A DNA stretch of 64,000 nt from Prevotellaceae bacterium (lineage in GTDB: Bacteria; Bacteroidota; Bacteroidia; Bacteroidales; Bacteroidaceae), in contig JAQYDL010000033.1 in the NCBI GenBank assembly GCA_028724165.1, forward strand, positions 30,283-94,282, in the 5' to 3' direction. Numbering within the stretch: the stretch's first letter is position 1; each line of letters begins with the position of its first letter. Shown in pieces: positions 49,419 to 59,072 of this stretch. The notes below the pieces were generated by a model, which was not told the DNA's origin, searched no databases, and saw only the letters and a program-made list of their open reading frames with translations. The translations under genes and the position numbers were made by a program.

Positions 49419-50768
49419 ATGAAGAAACCAATTGCATTTGTTGTGATGTCGGCACTTGCCCTGACATTTCTGGCGAGTTGCGGTGATGACAACAAGAGCA
49501 GTGAGCTTAGTTCGGATTGCGCAATAAACGCCATTGTTTTGGGGAATCTGTCGCGCATTTATCACACGTATCTCGACAATGGCAAGGACACCAGTTACAG
49601 CATAACCGTTCCCGGCGCAGCCTATCCACTGCATATCGACCAGATAAACCGCCGTATTTTCAACAGCGACTCTCTGCCCGTGGGAACTGCGGTGAACAAG
49701 GTCTATTTCACCACATTCAGTGCCGACGGCATTGTGAGCTATCGTTTGGAAAGCGGAAAAGATACTCTGTATTCCATTAAAGACACGCTCGACTTCACTT
49801 CACCGAGAATTTTCACGATATTTGCTTCGGACGGTTCGGGAAGCCGTTCATACACCATAGACATCAAAATTCACAATGCCGACCCCGATGCATATTCGTG
49901 GGTAGCCGCTTCGCCTGCCGACAATGACGTGGCGAAACTGGAAAGCATGCGGATGATAGCAAAAGACGGACAACTGTATCTTTGGGGCAGCAAAAACGGA
50001 ACAAACGTGGTAATGACCCGCAAAACAGGAGAGGGAGTAGCCTTGTGGACAAAGAAAGACATTTCGGGAACGGACGGACTGCAAACCAAGAGCATCAACC
50101 TGTTCAACGGTAAGTTTGTGGCAATTTCAGAATCGGGACTCGTGGAGTCTGAAAACGGCGCAGACTGGACGGAAACAGCCACTTCGCTCGTACCCGACAG
50201 GATTCTGGCTGCTGACGAAGAGTTGTACATAACCGTTTCGGGCAAAATCTACAGCTCAAGCGACCTCAAGTCATGGAAAGAAGAGAAAGCCGACAACTCC
50301 ACAGCCTTTCTGCCCACGGAAAACATATATTCCGCCGTACTGCCGGCTGTGAACAATCCGAACATAGAGAACATTGTTTGCGTGGGATACCTTGACGGCA
50401 AAACCGAGACTTGGAAAAAGGAAATGAACAAGGTATATCCCGAAGATAACGCCTGGAGCTACTACCCCACCACCGAGGAAACTCCCCGCACATTGCCTTA
50501 TCTGAAAGGATTCAACATGATGAAATACGACGGCAAACTGTTTTGCGCAGGCATAAACGGCGACACCGTAAACGTATATACCAGCGCCGACGGTGCAAGA
50601 GCATGGAAAAAAGTAAAAGTTCCCACAATGGTTCCCGCCCAAACAGGCAAACCCACGGAAATATTCATGACTCCTGACGACGACAACCATATATGGTTGG
50701 TATGCAGCGGCACGGGAACGCTGTGGAAAGGTTATCTGAACAGGCTTAAAGCCGACAAAAGCGAATAA
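49419..50768 (+). CDS. Lipoprotein, probable beta-propeller (DUF6242-like)
   Basis: Lipobox FLASCGDD. It is 449 aa with repeated blade-like ...DG....S.DG..W... segments. It holds the conserved Bacteroidota position upstream of uppS-bamA. Confidence 0.75.
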   Translation: MKKPIAFVVMSALALTFLASCGDDNKSSELSSDCAINAIVLGNLSRIYHTYLDNGKDTSYSITVPGAAYPLHIDQINRRIFNSDSLPVGTAVNKVYFTTFSADGIVSYRLESGKDTLYSIKDTLDFTSPRIFTIFASDGSGSRSYTIDIKIHNADPDAYSWVAASPADNDVAKLESMRMIAKDGQLYLWGSKNGTNVVMTRKTGEGVALWTKKDISGTDGLQTKSINLFNGKFVAISESGLVESENGADWTETATSLVPDRILAADEELYITVSGKIYSSSDLKSWKEEKADNSTAFLPTENIYSAVLPAVNNPNIENIVCVGYLDGKTETWKKEMNKVYPEDNAWSYYPTTEETPRTLPYLKGFNMMKYDGKLFCAGINGDTVNVYTSADGARAWKKVKVPTMVPAQTGKPTEIFMTPDDDNHIWLVCSGTGTLWKGYLNRLKADKSE

Positions 50769-50774
50769 AGAAAG

Positions 50775-51473
50775 ATGAAAAAAGCGTTGGTTCTGCTTAT
50801 GGCTGTGCTTGCATGCCTTAACGGCTCGCGCGCACAGGACGATGTGGACTATCGCTACGAGATAGGAGCCGCACTGGGCGGCAGCTTTTATCGCGGACAA
50901 TTAAACCACAAATTCTTCGGGCAACCCGGTGTTGCAGGAGGGGTTGTGGGACGCTGGAACATCAATCCATACATGGCGGTGAAGGCAATGCTGGACTACG
51001 CATCGGTGAAAGGTTCCACAACCAATGTGGACGATTTCTTTCCTACCGATCCCGGCAATCCCGCAGTATCGACCGACAAACGCAGTTACAAACTAAGCGA
51101 CGGCATTGTGGATTTCAGCGCAACATACGAGTATAACTTTTGGCCTTTCGGGCTACACCACGGATACCAGGGCAGACAGCGCATAACACCTTTCCTGCAA
51201 CTCGGACTCGGAGCCTGCTACGGAACAGCCGGCAAGGCTTTCACCCTGCAAATACCCATAGGCGTGGGAGTGAAATACAAATTGAAGCCGCGAGTAAACC
51301 TGGGATTCGACTGGCTGTATCACTTCTCGCTAAGCGACAATCTCGACGGGTTCGAATATCCCTACGGCATAAAATCCACCGGATTTCAAAACAAAGACAG
51401 CTATTGCACGGCAATGTTCTACATAAGCTACGACTTTTCGCCGAAATGCCCGCAATGCAACAAAAACGACTGA
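50775..51473 (+). CDS. Outer-membrane beta-barrel protein (DUF6089-like)
   Basis: Signal peptide, alternating beta-strand pattern and an aromatic-rich C-terminus. The tail CPQC is unusual. Confidence 0.75.
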   Translation: MKKALVLLMAVLACLNGSRAQDDVDYRYEIGAALGGSFYRGQLNHKFFGQPGVAGGVVGRWNINPYMAVKAMLDYASVKGSTTNVDDFFPTDPGNPAVSTDKRSYKLSDGIVDFSATYEYNFWPFGLHHGYQGRQRITPFLQLGLGACYGTAGKAFTLQIPIGVGVKYKLKPRVNLGFDWLYHFSLSDNLDGFEYPYGIKSTGFQNKDSYCTAMFYISYDFSPKCPQCNKND

Positions 51474-51495
51474 TTAACGACCAATAAAAATAAAC

Positions 51496-52263
51496 ATGAG
51501 TGCTCCGCAGATAGATATGCAACGCATTCCGCGCCATATAGCAATAATAATGGACGGCAACGGTCGCTGGGCCGTTAGACGCGGCCTTCCGCGTACAGCA
51601 GGACACCAAGAAGGTGTGGAAACTGTAAAACGCATAACCGAAGAGGCTGTGCGGCTCGGGGTGAAATATCTCACACTTTACACTTTCTCAACCGAAAACT
51701 GGAAACGTCCGAGCAATGAAGTGGCTGCGCTCATGTCGCTTGTACTTACATCGCTTCAGGAAGAGCTTTTCATGCGCAACGGCGTGCGCTTCCGCGTTAT
51801 AGGAGACATAAGAAAGTTGCCGCTTGCAGTGCAAAAGAAATTGCAGCAATGCGAGCGCGACACGATAGGAAATACAAAGATGACTCTCGTTGTGGCGTTG
51901 AGCTACTCCTCACGTTGGGAAATTTCTGCCGCAGCAAGGAATATTGCTGCCGACGTGAAACAGGGTACCTTGGAGATTTCACAAATTGACGAAGAAACCT
52001 TTTCAAAATATCTCGCCACGGCATTCATGCCCGACCCGGAGCTTATGATACGCACGGGAGGAGAGTTGCGGTTGAGCAATTATCTGTTGTGGCAGTGTGC
52101 ATATTCCGAACTTTATTTCTGCGATACCTATTGGCCCGACTTCAAAGAGGAAGATTTCCAAAAAGCCATAGCCGATTATCAACAGAGACAAAGACGTTTC
52201 GGAAAAACCGGCGAACAGATGCAAGCAGAAAACCCGAAAACCAAAAACGAAACCGAAGAATAA
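51496..52263 (+). CDS. uppS: Isoprenyl transferase (undecaprenyl-diphosphate synthase)
   Basis: Motifs are [22 protein letters not shown] and [15 protein letters not shown]. Confidence 0.96.
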   Translation: MSAPQIDMQRIPRHIAIIMDGNGRWAVRRGLPRTAGHQEGVETVKRITEEAVRLGVKYLTLYTFSTENWKRPSNEVAALMSLVLTSLQEELFMRNGVRFRVIGDIRKLPLAVQKKLQQCERDTIGNTKMTLVVALSYSSRWEISAAARNIAADVKQGTLEISQIDEETFSKYLATAFMPDPELMIRTGGELRLSNYLLWQCAYSELYFCDTYWPDFKEEDFQKAIADYQQRQRRFGKTGEQMQAENPKTKNETEE

Positions 52264-52313
52264 CAAAGCGGAGGGAACATACATTATATATATGCCCCGC
52301 AATATAACAAAAG

Positions 52314-54935
52314 ATGAAACATATAAAGAATACAGCCATATTGATTGCAGCACTTTTCGCAGCTGCAACCTTTTGCCGTGCTTCCGTGTCGCGAGACAGC
52401 GTGATTGTTAAGCCCGACATCATTTACTCCATGCAACAGAACAACTATATTCTCGGCGGATTCATAGTTGACGGCGTGGCAAACTATGACGAGGAACTCT
52501 TGCGCAATATTTCGGAGCTGCGCGAAGGGCAGACTCTGACAATTCCGGGCGCAGACATTACAAACGTTTTGCAACGTTATTGGAAACAAAAGATATTCAG
52601 CGATGTTTCTATCTCTGCAGACAGTATCGTGGGCAATAAAATTTATCTGCATATAAAACTTACCGCACGCCCAAAGATTTCTACGATAAACTATCACGGA
52701 GTTAAGAAATCGCAGCGCGAAGATCTCGAACAACGTCTCGGACTTAAAGCCGGAAGTCAAATATCTCCGGACATCGTGGACCGTGCAAAAATCATAATAA
52801 AACGCTACTTCGAAGAAAAAGGTTATCAAAACGCCAAAGTAGAAATGTTGCAGCAGGACGACGTATCGGCTGCAAACCAAGTTATAGTTGATATAAACAT
52901 CGACAGAAACGAAAAGATTAAGGTAAAACACATTTACTTTACCGGCATAGAGCAGGGAAACGTAAAGAAACTCAAGAAGGCAATGAAGAAAACCCACGAG
53001 GTTAATAAGTTTGCCAATCTGTTTCGCGCCAAAAAGTTTCTGCCCGAAGAATACAAGAAAGATAAAGGTTTCTTGATAGACAAATACAACGAATGGGGCT
53101 TTAGAGACGCAATCATAACCAGCGACAGCGTTACGCCTTACGACGAAAAGCACGTTGATTTGCATATTAATATTGAAGAAGGTCAGAAATATTATCTGCG
53201 CAATGTGAGCTGGGTGGGAAATACAGTGTATAGTTCCGAATCGCTTACCCGTGCACTAAAAATGAAGTCCGGCGACGTTTACAACCAAACCTTTCTGAAA
53301 AAACGTTTGAACGATGACGAAGACGCAATAGGCAATCAATATTACAACAACGGCTATGTGTTTTACAATCTGAACCCTGTGGAAACCAACATAGACGGAG
53401 ATTCCATTGATTTGGAGATGCGTATTTACGAAGGACAGCCTGCTACTCTTAACCACGTGCGTATCAGCGGAAACAAAAGAGTTTATGAAAACGTTGTTCG
53501 CAGGGAACTTCGCACAAAACCGGGCGATTTGTTCAGCAAAGAATCCGTTATGCGTTCCATTCGAGACCTTGCCGCACTAAACTTCTTTGATCCCGAAAAA
53601 ATAGAACCGGACATAAAGCCCGATCAAGAGAACGGAACGGTAGACATAAACTATAAACTCGAACCCAAACCCAGCGATCAGGTGCAAATATCCTTTGGTT
53701 GGGGTCCGACAGGTGTTGTGGGAACTGTGGGATTGAAGTTTACGAACTTCTCCATGCAGAATCTTTTCAACAGCAAGAACCGTCGCGCTCTCTTCCCCCA
53801 AGGTGATGGGCAACAGCTCTCTCTTTCAGCGCAAACAAACGGTACATATTACCAGAATTACTCGTTTAACTTCCTCGATCCCTGGTTTGGCGGCAAACGT
53901 CCTAACTCTCTGTCGCTTTCAGCCTTTTTCTCTAAGCAAACCGATGTAAACAGCAACTACTACAACAGTTCTTACTGGAACAACTACCAAAGCTATTTGT
54001 ACGGTTATGGAACTTCGGGCGGATATTACAATAACTACAACTACTACGACCCTGACAAATATGTCAAGATATACGGTGTTTCATTAGGTTGGGGCAAACG
54101 TCTGCGCTGGCCCGACGATTATTTCACACTTACTGCCGAAGCAACTTTCCAGAGATATGACTTGAAATCGTGGCAATACTTCATTATCACCGACGGAAAC
54201 TGCAACAACTTCAACTTGAGCCTCAGCCTTTCGCGCAACTCCGTAGACAATCCCATTTTCCCGCGTAGAGGTTCTGATTTCCAGCTTTCTGTTGCCGCCA
54301 CTCCGCCCTATTCTCTTTGGGACGGCAAGGATTACAAGAATCTCGCCAGAGATTATCGCGCAGCTTCCTATAACAAGGAGATGCAGGAGAAGTATCGTTG
54401 GGTGGAATATCACAAATGGAAATTCAAACTCCGCACCTACACGGCACTTACAGGCAAAAACAAATGCCCGGTTCTCATGACGCGCACCGATTTCGGCTTC
54501 CTCGGTCATTACAACAAGTACAAGAAATCTCCGTTCGAGACATTCTATATGGGTGGTGACGGTATGTCGGGATATTCTTCGGGATATGCCACCGAGACTA
54601 TCGGTTTGCGCGGATACGAAAACGGATGTCTCACTCCCTACGGAGCGGAAGGTTATGCCTACAGCCGTATGACCGTGGAACTTCGTTACCCTCTTATGCT
54701 CAAAGGTCAGACTAACATCTACGCACTTGCATTTGCCGAAGGCGGTAATGCATGGTATGACACAAAGAAGTTCAATCCTTTCGACATGAAACGCTCTGCC
54801 GGTGCCGGTGTACGTCTTTTCCTTCCAATGGTCGGGCTTATGGGCATTGACTGGGCATATGGATTTGACAAAGTGTTCGGTTCTTCGAAAAACGGCGGCT
54901 CGCACATTCACTTCATAATAGGTCAGGAGTTCTAA
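52314..54935 (+). CDS. bamA: Outer membrane protein assembly factor BamA
   Basis: 873 aa with POTRA repeats, then a 16-strand barrel. The C-terminus is HFIIGQEF. It is followed by ompH genes. Confidence 0.95.
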   Translation: MKHIKNTAILIAALFAAATFCRASVSRDSVIVKPDIIYSMQQNNYILGGFIVDGVANYDEELLRNISELREGQTLTIPGADITNVLQRYWKQKIFSDVSISADSIVGNKIYLHIKLTARPKISTINYHGVKKSQREDLEQRLGLKAGSQISPDIVDRAKIIIKRYFEEKGYQNAKVEMLQQDDVSAANQVIVDINIDRNEKIKVKHIYFTGIEQGNVKKLKKAMKKTHEVNKFANLFRAKKFLPEEYKKDKGFLIDKYNEWGFRDAIITSDSVTPYDEKHVDLHINIEEGQKYYLRNVSWVGNTVYSSESLTRALKMKSGDVYNQTFLKKRLNDDEDAIGNQYYNNGYVFYNLNPVETNIDGDSIDLEMRIYEGQPATLNHVRISGNKRVYENVVRRELRTKPGDLFSKESVMRSIRDLAALNFFDPEKIEPDIKPDQENGTVDINYKLEPKPSDQVQISFGWGPTGVVGTVGLKFTNFSMQNLFNSKNRRALFPQGDGQQLSLSAQTNGTYYQNYSFNFLDPWFGGKRPNSLSLSAFFSKQTDVNSNYYNSSYWNNYQSYLYGYGTSGGYYNNYNYYDPDKYVKIYGVSLGWGKRLRWPDDYFTLTAEATFQRYDLKSWQYFIITDGNCNNFNLSLSLSRNSVDNPIFPRRGSDFQLSVAATPPYSLWDGKDYKNLARDYRAASYNKEMQEKYRWVEYHKWKFKLRTYTALTGKNKCPVLMTRTDFGFLGHYNKYKKSPFETFYMGGDGMSGYSSGYATETIGLRGYENGCLTPYGAEGYAYSRMTVELRYPLMLKGQTNIYALAFAEGGNAWYDTKKFNPFDMKRSAGAGVRLFLPMVGLMGIDWAYGFDKVFGSSKNGGSHIHFIIGQEF

Positions 54936-54969
54936 AGAAAGAATATCAAAACAATAAAAACAAACAGAT

Positions 54970-55494
54970 ATGAAATCATTACGTAACTTCATCATTGCGC
55001 TGGCGGCAACTTTTGGTTGCATTGTCTATGCGCAGGCACAGAAATATGCTCTTGTGGATATGGAGTACATTCTCAAAAATATTCCTGCATACGAACGCGC
55101 CAACGAACAGCTTAATCAGCAGTCCAAAAAATGGCAGGCAGAAGTGGAGGCGGTGCAAAATCAGGCGCAGACACTTTACAAGAACTACCAGAACGAATCG
55201 GTTTTTCTCTCTGCCGAGCAGAAAAAACAGCGCGAACAGGCAATTGTGGACAAAGAAAAGGAAGCAGCCGAACTGAAACGCAAGTATTTCGCTCCCGAAG
55301 GCGAACTTTTCAAAAAGCGCGAGAGCCTTGTGCAGCCCATACAGGACGAAATCTACAATGCAGTTAAGGACATTGCGCAGAACAAGGGTTTCCAACTCAT
55401 CCTTGACCGTGCTTCCGATTCCGCCATTATTTTTGCTTCGCCCAAAATAGACATTTCGAACGAGGTGCTTACCAAATTAGGCTATTCCAATTAA
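54970..55494 (+). CDS. ompH: OmpH/Skp-family periplasmic chaperone
   Basis: 174 aa with a signal peptide and a long coiled-coil rich in Q/E/K. Confidence 0.9.
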   Translation: MKSLRNFIIALAATFGCIVYAQAQKYALVDMEYILKNIPAYERANEQLNQQSKKWQAEVEAVQNQAQTLYKNYQNESVFLSAEQKKQREQAIVDKEKEAAELKRKYFAPEGELFKKRESLVQPIQDEIYNAVKDIAQNKGFQLILDRASDSAIIFASPKIDISNEVLTKLGYSN

Positions 55495-55554
55495 TATCAT
55501 TATATTTGCACCCCGTACATAACGGAATATAAATAAGATAATCAACTATAAACA

Positions 55555-56052
55555 ATGAAAAAAGTAATTCTTACGGCTCTTCTGTTCTTACCGTTGAGCC
55601 TCTTTGCGCAGAAGTTCGGTCATTTCGATTCTTCCGAAATCGTCAAGGCAATGCCCGAATACGCTAAGTCGCAAACCGAAATCCAGAATCTCTCAAAGCA
55701 GTTCGAGGACGAAATCAAACGTATGCAGGACGAGCTTACCAAAAAAGGTCAGGAATATGACCGTCAGCACGATTCACTTCCCGACAACGTCAAGAAGCGT
55801 CGCGAACAGGAACTTCAGGAGCTTTATCAGCGCATTCAGCAGACTTCCAACGACGACCGCGATTCCTTGCAGGCTGCTTCGGCCAACAAGATGCGCGAAA
55901 TCACACAGAAAATCGTTAATGCCGTTAAAGCTGTGGGCGATGAGGGCAAATATGTTTACATCATGGATGTAACAGGTGGCATACCTTACATCAGCAAGAG
56001 CCTCAGCGAGGACGTAACAAAGAAAATCCGCGAAAAACTCGGTTTGAAATAA
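55555..56052 (+). CDS. ompH: OmpH/Skp-family periplasmic chaperone (second copy)
   Basis: 165 aa with a signal peptide and a coiled-coil, paralogous to the preceding gene. Confidence 0.9.
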   Translation: MKKVILTALLFLPLSLFAQKFGHFDSSEIVKAMPEYAKSQTEIQNLSKQFEDEIKRMQDELTKKGQEYDRQHDSLPDNVKKRREQELQELYQRIQQTSNDDRDSLQAASANKMREITQKIVNAVKAVGDEGKYVYIMDVTGGIPYISKSLSEDVTKKIREKLGLK

Positions 56053-56074
56053 TCCGCAGAAAAAGCATAAATCA

Positions 56075-56108
56075 AAGCGCATGCCCTTCGGGGGATGCGC
56101 TTTTTTGT
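56075..56108 (+). terminator. Terminator after the bamA-ompH cluster
   Basis: aagcgcatgccc-ttcg-ggggatgcgctt followed by ttttt. Confidence 0.8.
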
Positions 56109-56207
56109 TGTCTTTCGGACGGTATGCCACAACGGTGGCGCGAAATGGGGCGGTCGAAACCCGAAATCTCGTTTATTTGCAGTAATTTTGCATTTCGAAA
56201 ACAATAA

Positions 56208-56584
56208 CGGCAATCATCCGGTCTGTCGCCGGCGGAAATCAAAAATCCGCAGGAGGAAAGTCCGGGCAACACAGGACAGTCTCCTTCCGAAACGGAAGTT
56301 ATCCGCGAGGGTAAGCAAACTGTAGAAGAAAACAACCGCCCTCCGCAAGGATGGTAAGGGTGAGAAGGCGGGGTAAGAGCCCACCGGGCGCATGGTGATG
56401 TGCGTGCCGTGCAGTCGAGACGTTGAAAGTTCGCGTAAACCGGCGTTTGAGGGTTGTCCGCCCGAAACTTCGTTACGCCGGAGGGTAGAACGATAACGCC
56501 TGCAGGCAACTGCGGGCTTAGATAAATGACAGACGGCGATTCGCGAGAGTCGCGCACAGAACTTGGCTTATAGGATAATTGCCG
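56208..56584 (+). ncRNA. rnpB: RNase P RNA, bacterial type A
   Basis: Conserved regions are GGAGGAAAGTCCGGGC (56251-56266), GGGTGAGAAGGCGGGGTAAGAGCCCACC and ACAGAACTTGGCTTATAGG. The P1 stem pairs cggcaatcatcc (56208-56219) with ggataattgccg (56573-56584). Confidence 0.93.
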
Positions 56585-56593
56585 AACTCAAAT

Positions 56594-56637
56594 GCGGCGC
56601 AAACTCTCTCTTACACTGGTTTGCGCCGCTTTGCTTT
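56594..56637 (+). terminator. rnpB terminator
   Basis: gcggcgcaaac (56594-56604) pairs with gtttgcgccgc (56619-56629), followed by tttgcttt. Confidence 0.7.
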
Positions 56638-56829
56638 CCATGCCCGCCAACGACGCAACGCCGTTTTCATACACTTTCTCCGTTTCTGTTTATGCCATGC
56701 GCCGCAAAACATTCCGTCCCACTCTTTCGTCCTGCCTCAAAAAACGCAGCAGAGGTCCGAAAACAATCACGGCAATATGCCGCCACGCATGCAAAATTTC
56801 CCTTTTTTGAACACACATTTTCACATGTG

Positions 56830-56952
56830 CAAAAAAACACATGGCTTATCGCGAAAAATACAAGGCACATATTTTAAAATAAGTGCCTTGTATTTTAAAA
56901 TATATGCCTTATATTTTTTGCCTTTTCAAACATCTGAAAAACAACGACTTAT
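56830..56952 (-). repeat. Composite palindromic intergenic element, copy 12
   Basis: aaaaaaacacatggcttatcgc / gaaaaatacaaggcacatatttt / aaaataagtgccttgtatttt / aaaatatatgccttatatttttt, then arm gccttttcaaacatctgaaaaacaacgactt. Confidence 0.9.
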
Positions 56953-57341
56953 GCACACCTTCCAAAATCCTCGTTATCGTCTGATTTTCAGTTGTTTGCG
57001 AATTTTTATGTCCGACTGCGTAATTTCGGTAAAACGTTGCAGCATTGCCATAACTAAATTCCGTTTCCGCACATCGGCATGAGCCTCATTGTTTGGGCTG
57101 CATCCGCGTACCCTATAGCCGTCATGCCGTAACCATATAAAGAAACCGTTGCACACCACGCCCGTTCGCATCGCCAAAGCATGTGGTTTTACGCAGCCGT
57201 CGCTTTTTTAACAGTACAAAAAAGCGGAATTGGCTTTTTATTCGTAACTTTACGCTTGTAAATTCGGGTGATTGGCACCATAAAGCAACTGTGTGCCCCC
57301 GCAATGTTTTATAAATCAAGAATAAAAAATGACACTATATA

Positions 57342-59063
57342 ATGAATTACAAATGGAAATACACTCCTCCCTCACCCGAGGAAGAAGAAGCGGCGCGCAA
57401 GCTTGCAGAGGAGCTGGGCATTCACCCGATATTGGGACGGTTGCTGTTGAATCGCTGCATAACGACGCCGGCTGAAGCAAAGAAATTTTTCCACCCGCAA
57501 CTTTCCGACCTCCACGACCCGTTTCTCATGAACGATATGCGTGAAGCCGTTGATGCTGTCAACCATGCCGTGGGACACAACGACCGTATTCTCGTTTTCG
57601 GCGATTACGATGTGGACGGTTGCACGGCTGTTACGGTGGTATACAAGTTTCTTAAAGCCTATTGCTCAAACATTGATTACTACATCCCCGACCGCTACGA
57701 CGAAGGCTACGGACTGTCGAAACGCTGTATAGACTACGCTTTCGAAACGGGGGTGAAGCTGATGATAGTACTCGATTGCGGCATAAAAGCAATCGAAGAA
57801 GTGGCTTATGCAAACTCGCGCGGGATAGGCGTAATAATTTGCGATCACCACGTTCCCGATGCCGAGCTGCCCGATGCCGTAGCCATACTCAATCCCAAGC
57901 GGAAGGATTCCACTTATCCCTATGCCCACCTGTGCGGATGCGGCGTGGGATTCAAACTCATGCAGGCTTTTGCACGCGACAACGGCATTGAGTTCAACAA
58001 ACTCATATCCCTGCTTGACCTCTGTGCCATAAGCATTGCCAGCGATATAGTACCCGTTACGGGAGAAAACAGAATTCTTGCCTATCACGGGCTGCGCCGT
58101 TTGAACAGCAACCCTTCAATGGGCGTGGAAGCCATAATTGAGTTGTGCGGTCTCGAAGGCAAAGAGCTTACAATGAACGATATTGTGTTCAAAATCGGTC
58201 CGCGCATAAACGCCTCGGGACGTATGATGAACGGAAAAGAAACAGTGGCTCTGCTTACGGAACGCGAACACGACGCAGCCATGGAAAGGGCTAACAGAAT
58301 AAACCTTTACAACGAGGCACGCAAGGACATTGACAAACAAATGACCGAAGAGGCAAACAAGATTGTAGACGGGATAGACAATCTTGACAATCTGCGCTCC
58401 CTCGTGGTATACGACCCCTCGTGGCACAAAGGCGTAGTGGGCATTGTGGCTTCACGACTCACCGAAGTCTACTATCGTCCCGCCGTGGTGCTGACCCTCT
58501 CCGACGGATTCGCCACAGGCAGTGCACGCTCCGTGGTTGGTTTCGACATATATAAGGCAGTGGAAAGCTGTCGCGACTTGTTGGAAAACTTCGGTGGGCA
58601 TACCTATGCCGTGGGATTGACTTTGAAACCCGAAAACGTGAGTGCTTTCAAACATCGCTTCGAACAATACGTGGAAAGCAACATAAGCGAGGAACAAACC
58701 GAAGCAAGTCTTGACATATCAGCCATAATAGACTTCCGGGATATAACACAGAAATTCCGCAACGACATGAAGCGTTTCAATCCTTTCGGTCCCGGAAATC
58801 CCAAGCCCCTGTTTTGCACAAAACGTGTATACGACTATGGCACGAGTAAGGTGGTGGGACGCGAGCAGGAGCACATCAAGCTGGAACTTGTGGACAACAA
58901 GTCAAACAACATAGTAAACGGAATAGCTTTCGGACAGAGTTCGCAGGCAAGATACATAAAAACAAAACGCGCATTCGACATCTGCTATTCCATAGAAGAG
59001 AATGTACGCCGCCACGGCGAGTTGCAACTGCAAATAGAAGACATCCGTCCGGCAGCAGAATAG
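57342..59063 (+). CDS. recJ: Single-stranded-DNA-specific exonuclease RecJ
   Basis: DHH motifs are VFGDYDVDG, LDCG and ICDHH. The DHHA1 motif is GGH (FGGHTYAVG). Confidence 0.95.
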   Translation: MNYKWKYTPPSPEEEEAARKLAEELGIHPILGRLLLNRCITTPAEAKKFFHPQLSDLHDPFLMNDMREAVDAVNHAVGHNDRILVFGDYDVDGCTAVTVVYKFLKAYCSNIDYYIPDRYDEGYGLSKRCIDYAFETGVKLMIVLDCGIKAIEEVAYANSRGIGVIICDHHVPDAELPDAVAILNPKRKDSTYPYAHLCGCGVGFKLMQAFARDNGIEFNKLISLLDLCAISIASDIVPVTGENRILAYHGLRRLNSNPSMGVEAIIELCGLEGKELTMNDIVFKIGPRINASGRMMNGKETVALLTEREHDAAMERANRINLYNEARKDIDKQMTEEANKIVDGIDNLDNLRSLVVYDPSWHKGVVGIVASRLTEVYYRPAVVLTLSDGFATGSARSVVGFDIYKAVESCRDLLENFGGHTYAVGLTLKPENVSAFKHRFEQYVESNISEEQTEASLDISAIIDFRDITQKFRNDMKRFNPFGPGNPKPLFCTKRVYDYGTSKVVGREQEHIKLELVDNKSNNIVNGIAFGQSSQARYIKTKRAFDICYSIEENVRRHGELQLQIEDIRPAAE

Positions 59064-59072
59064 CACCGGACA

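Noticed and set aside
56072-56557. ORFs overlapping 56072-56557 (-) and 56095-56325 (+).
   Set aside because: This region is RNase P RNA, with all conserved regions and P1 pairing present. The ORFs are artefacts of a GC-rich structured RNA.
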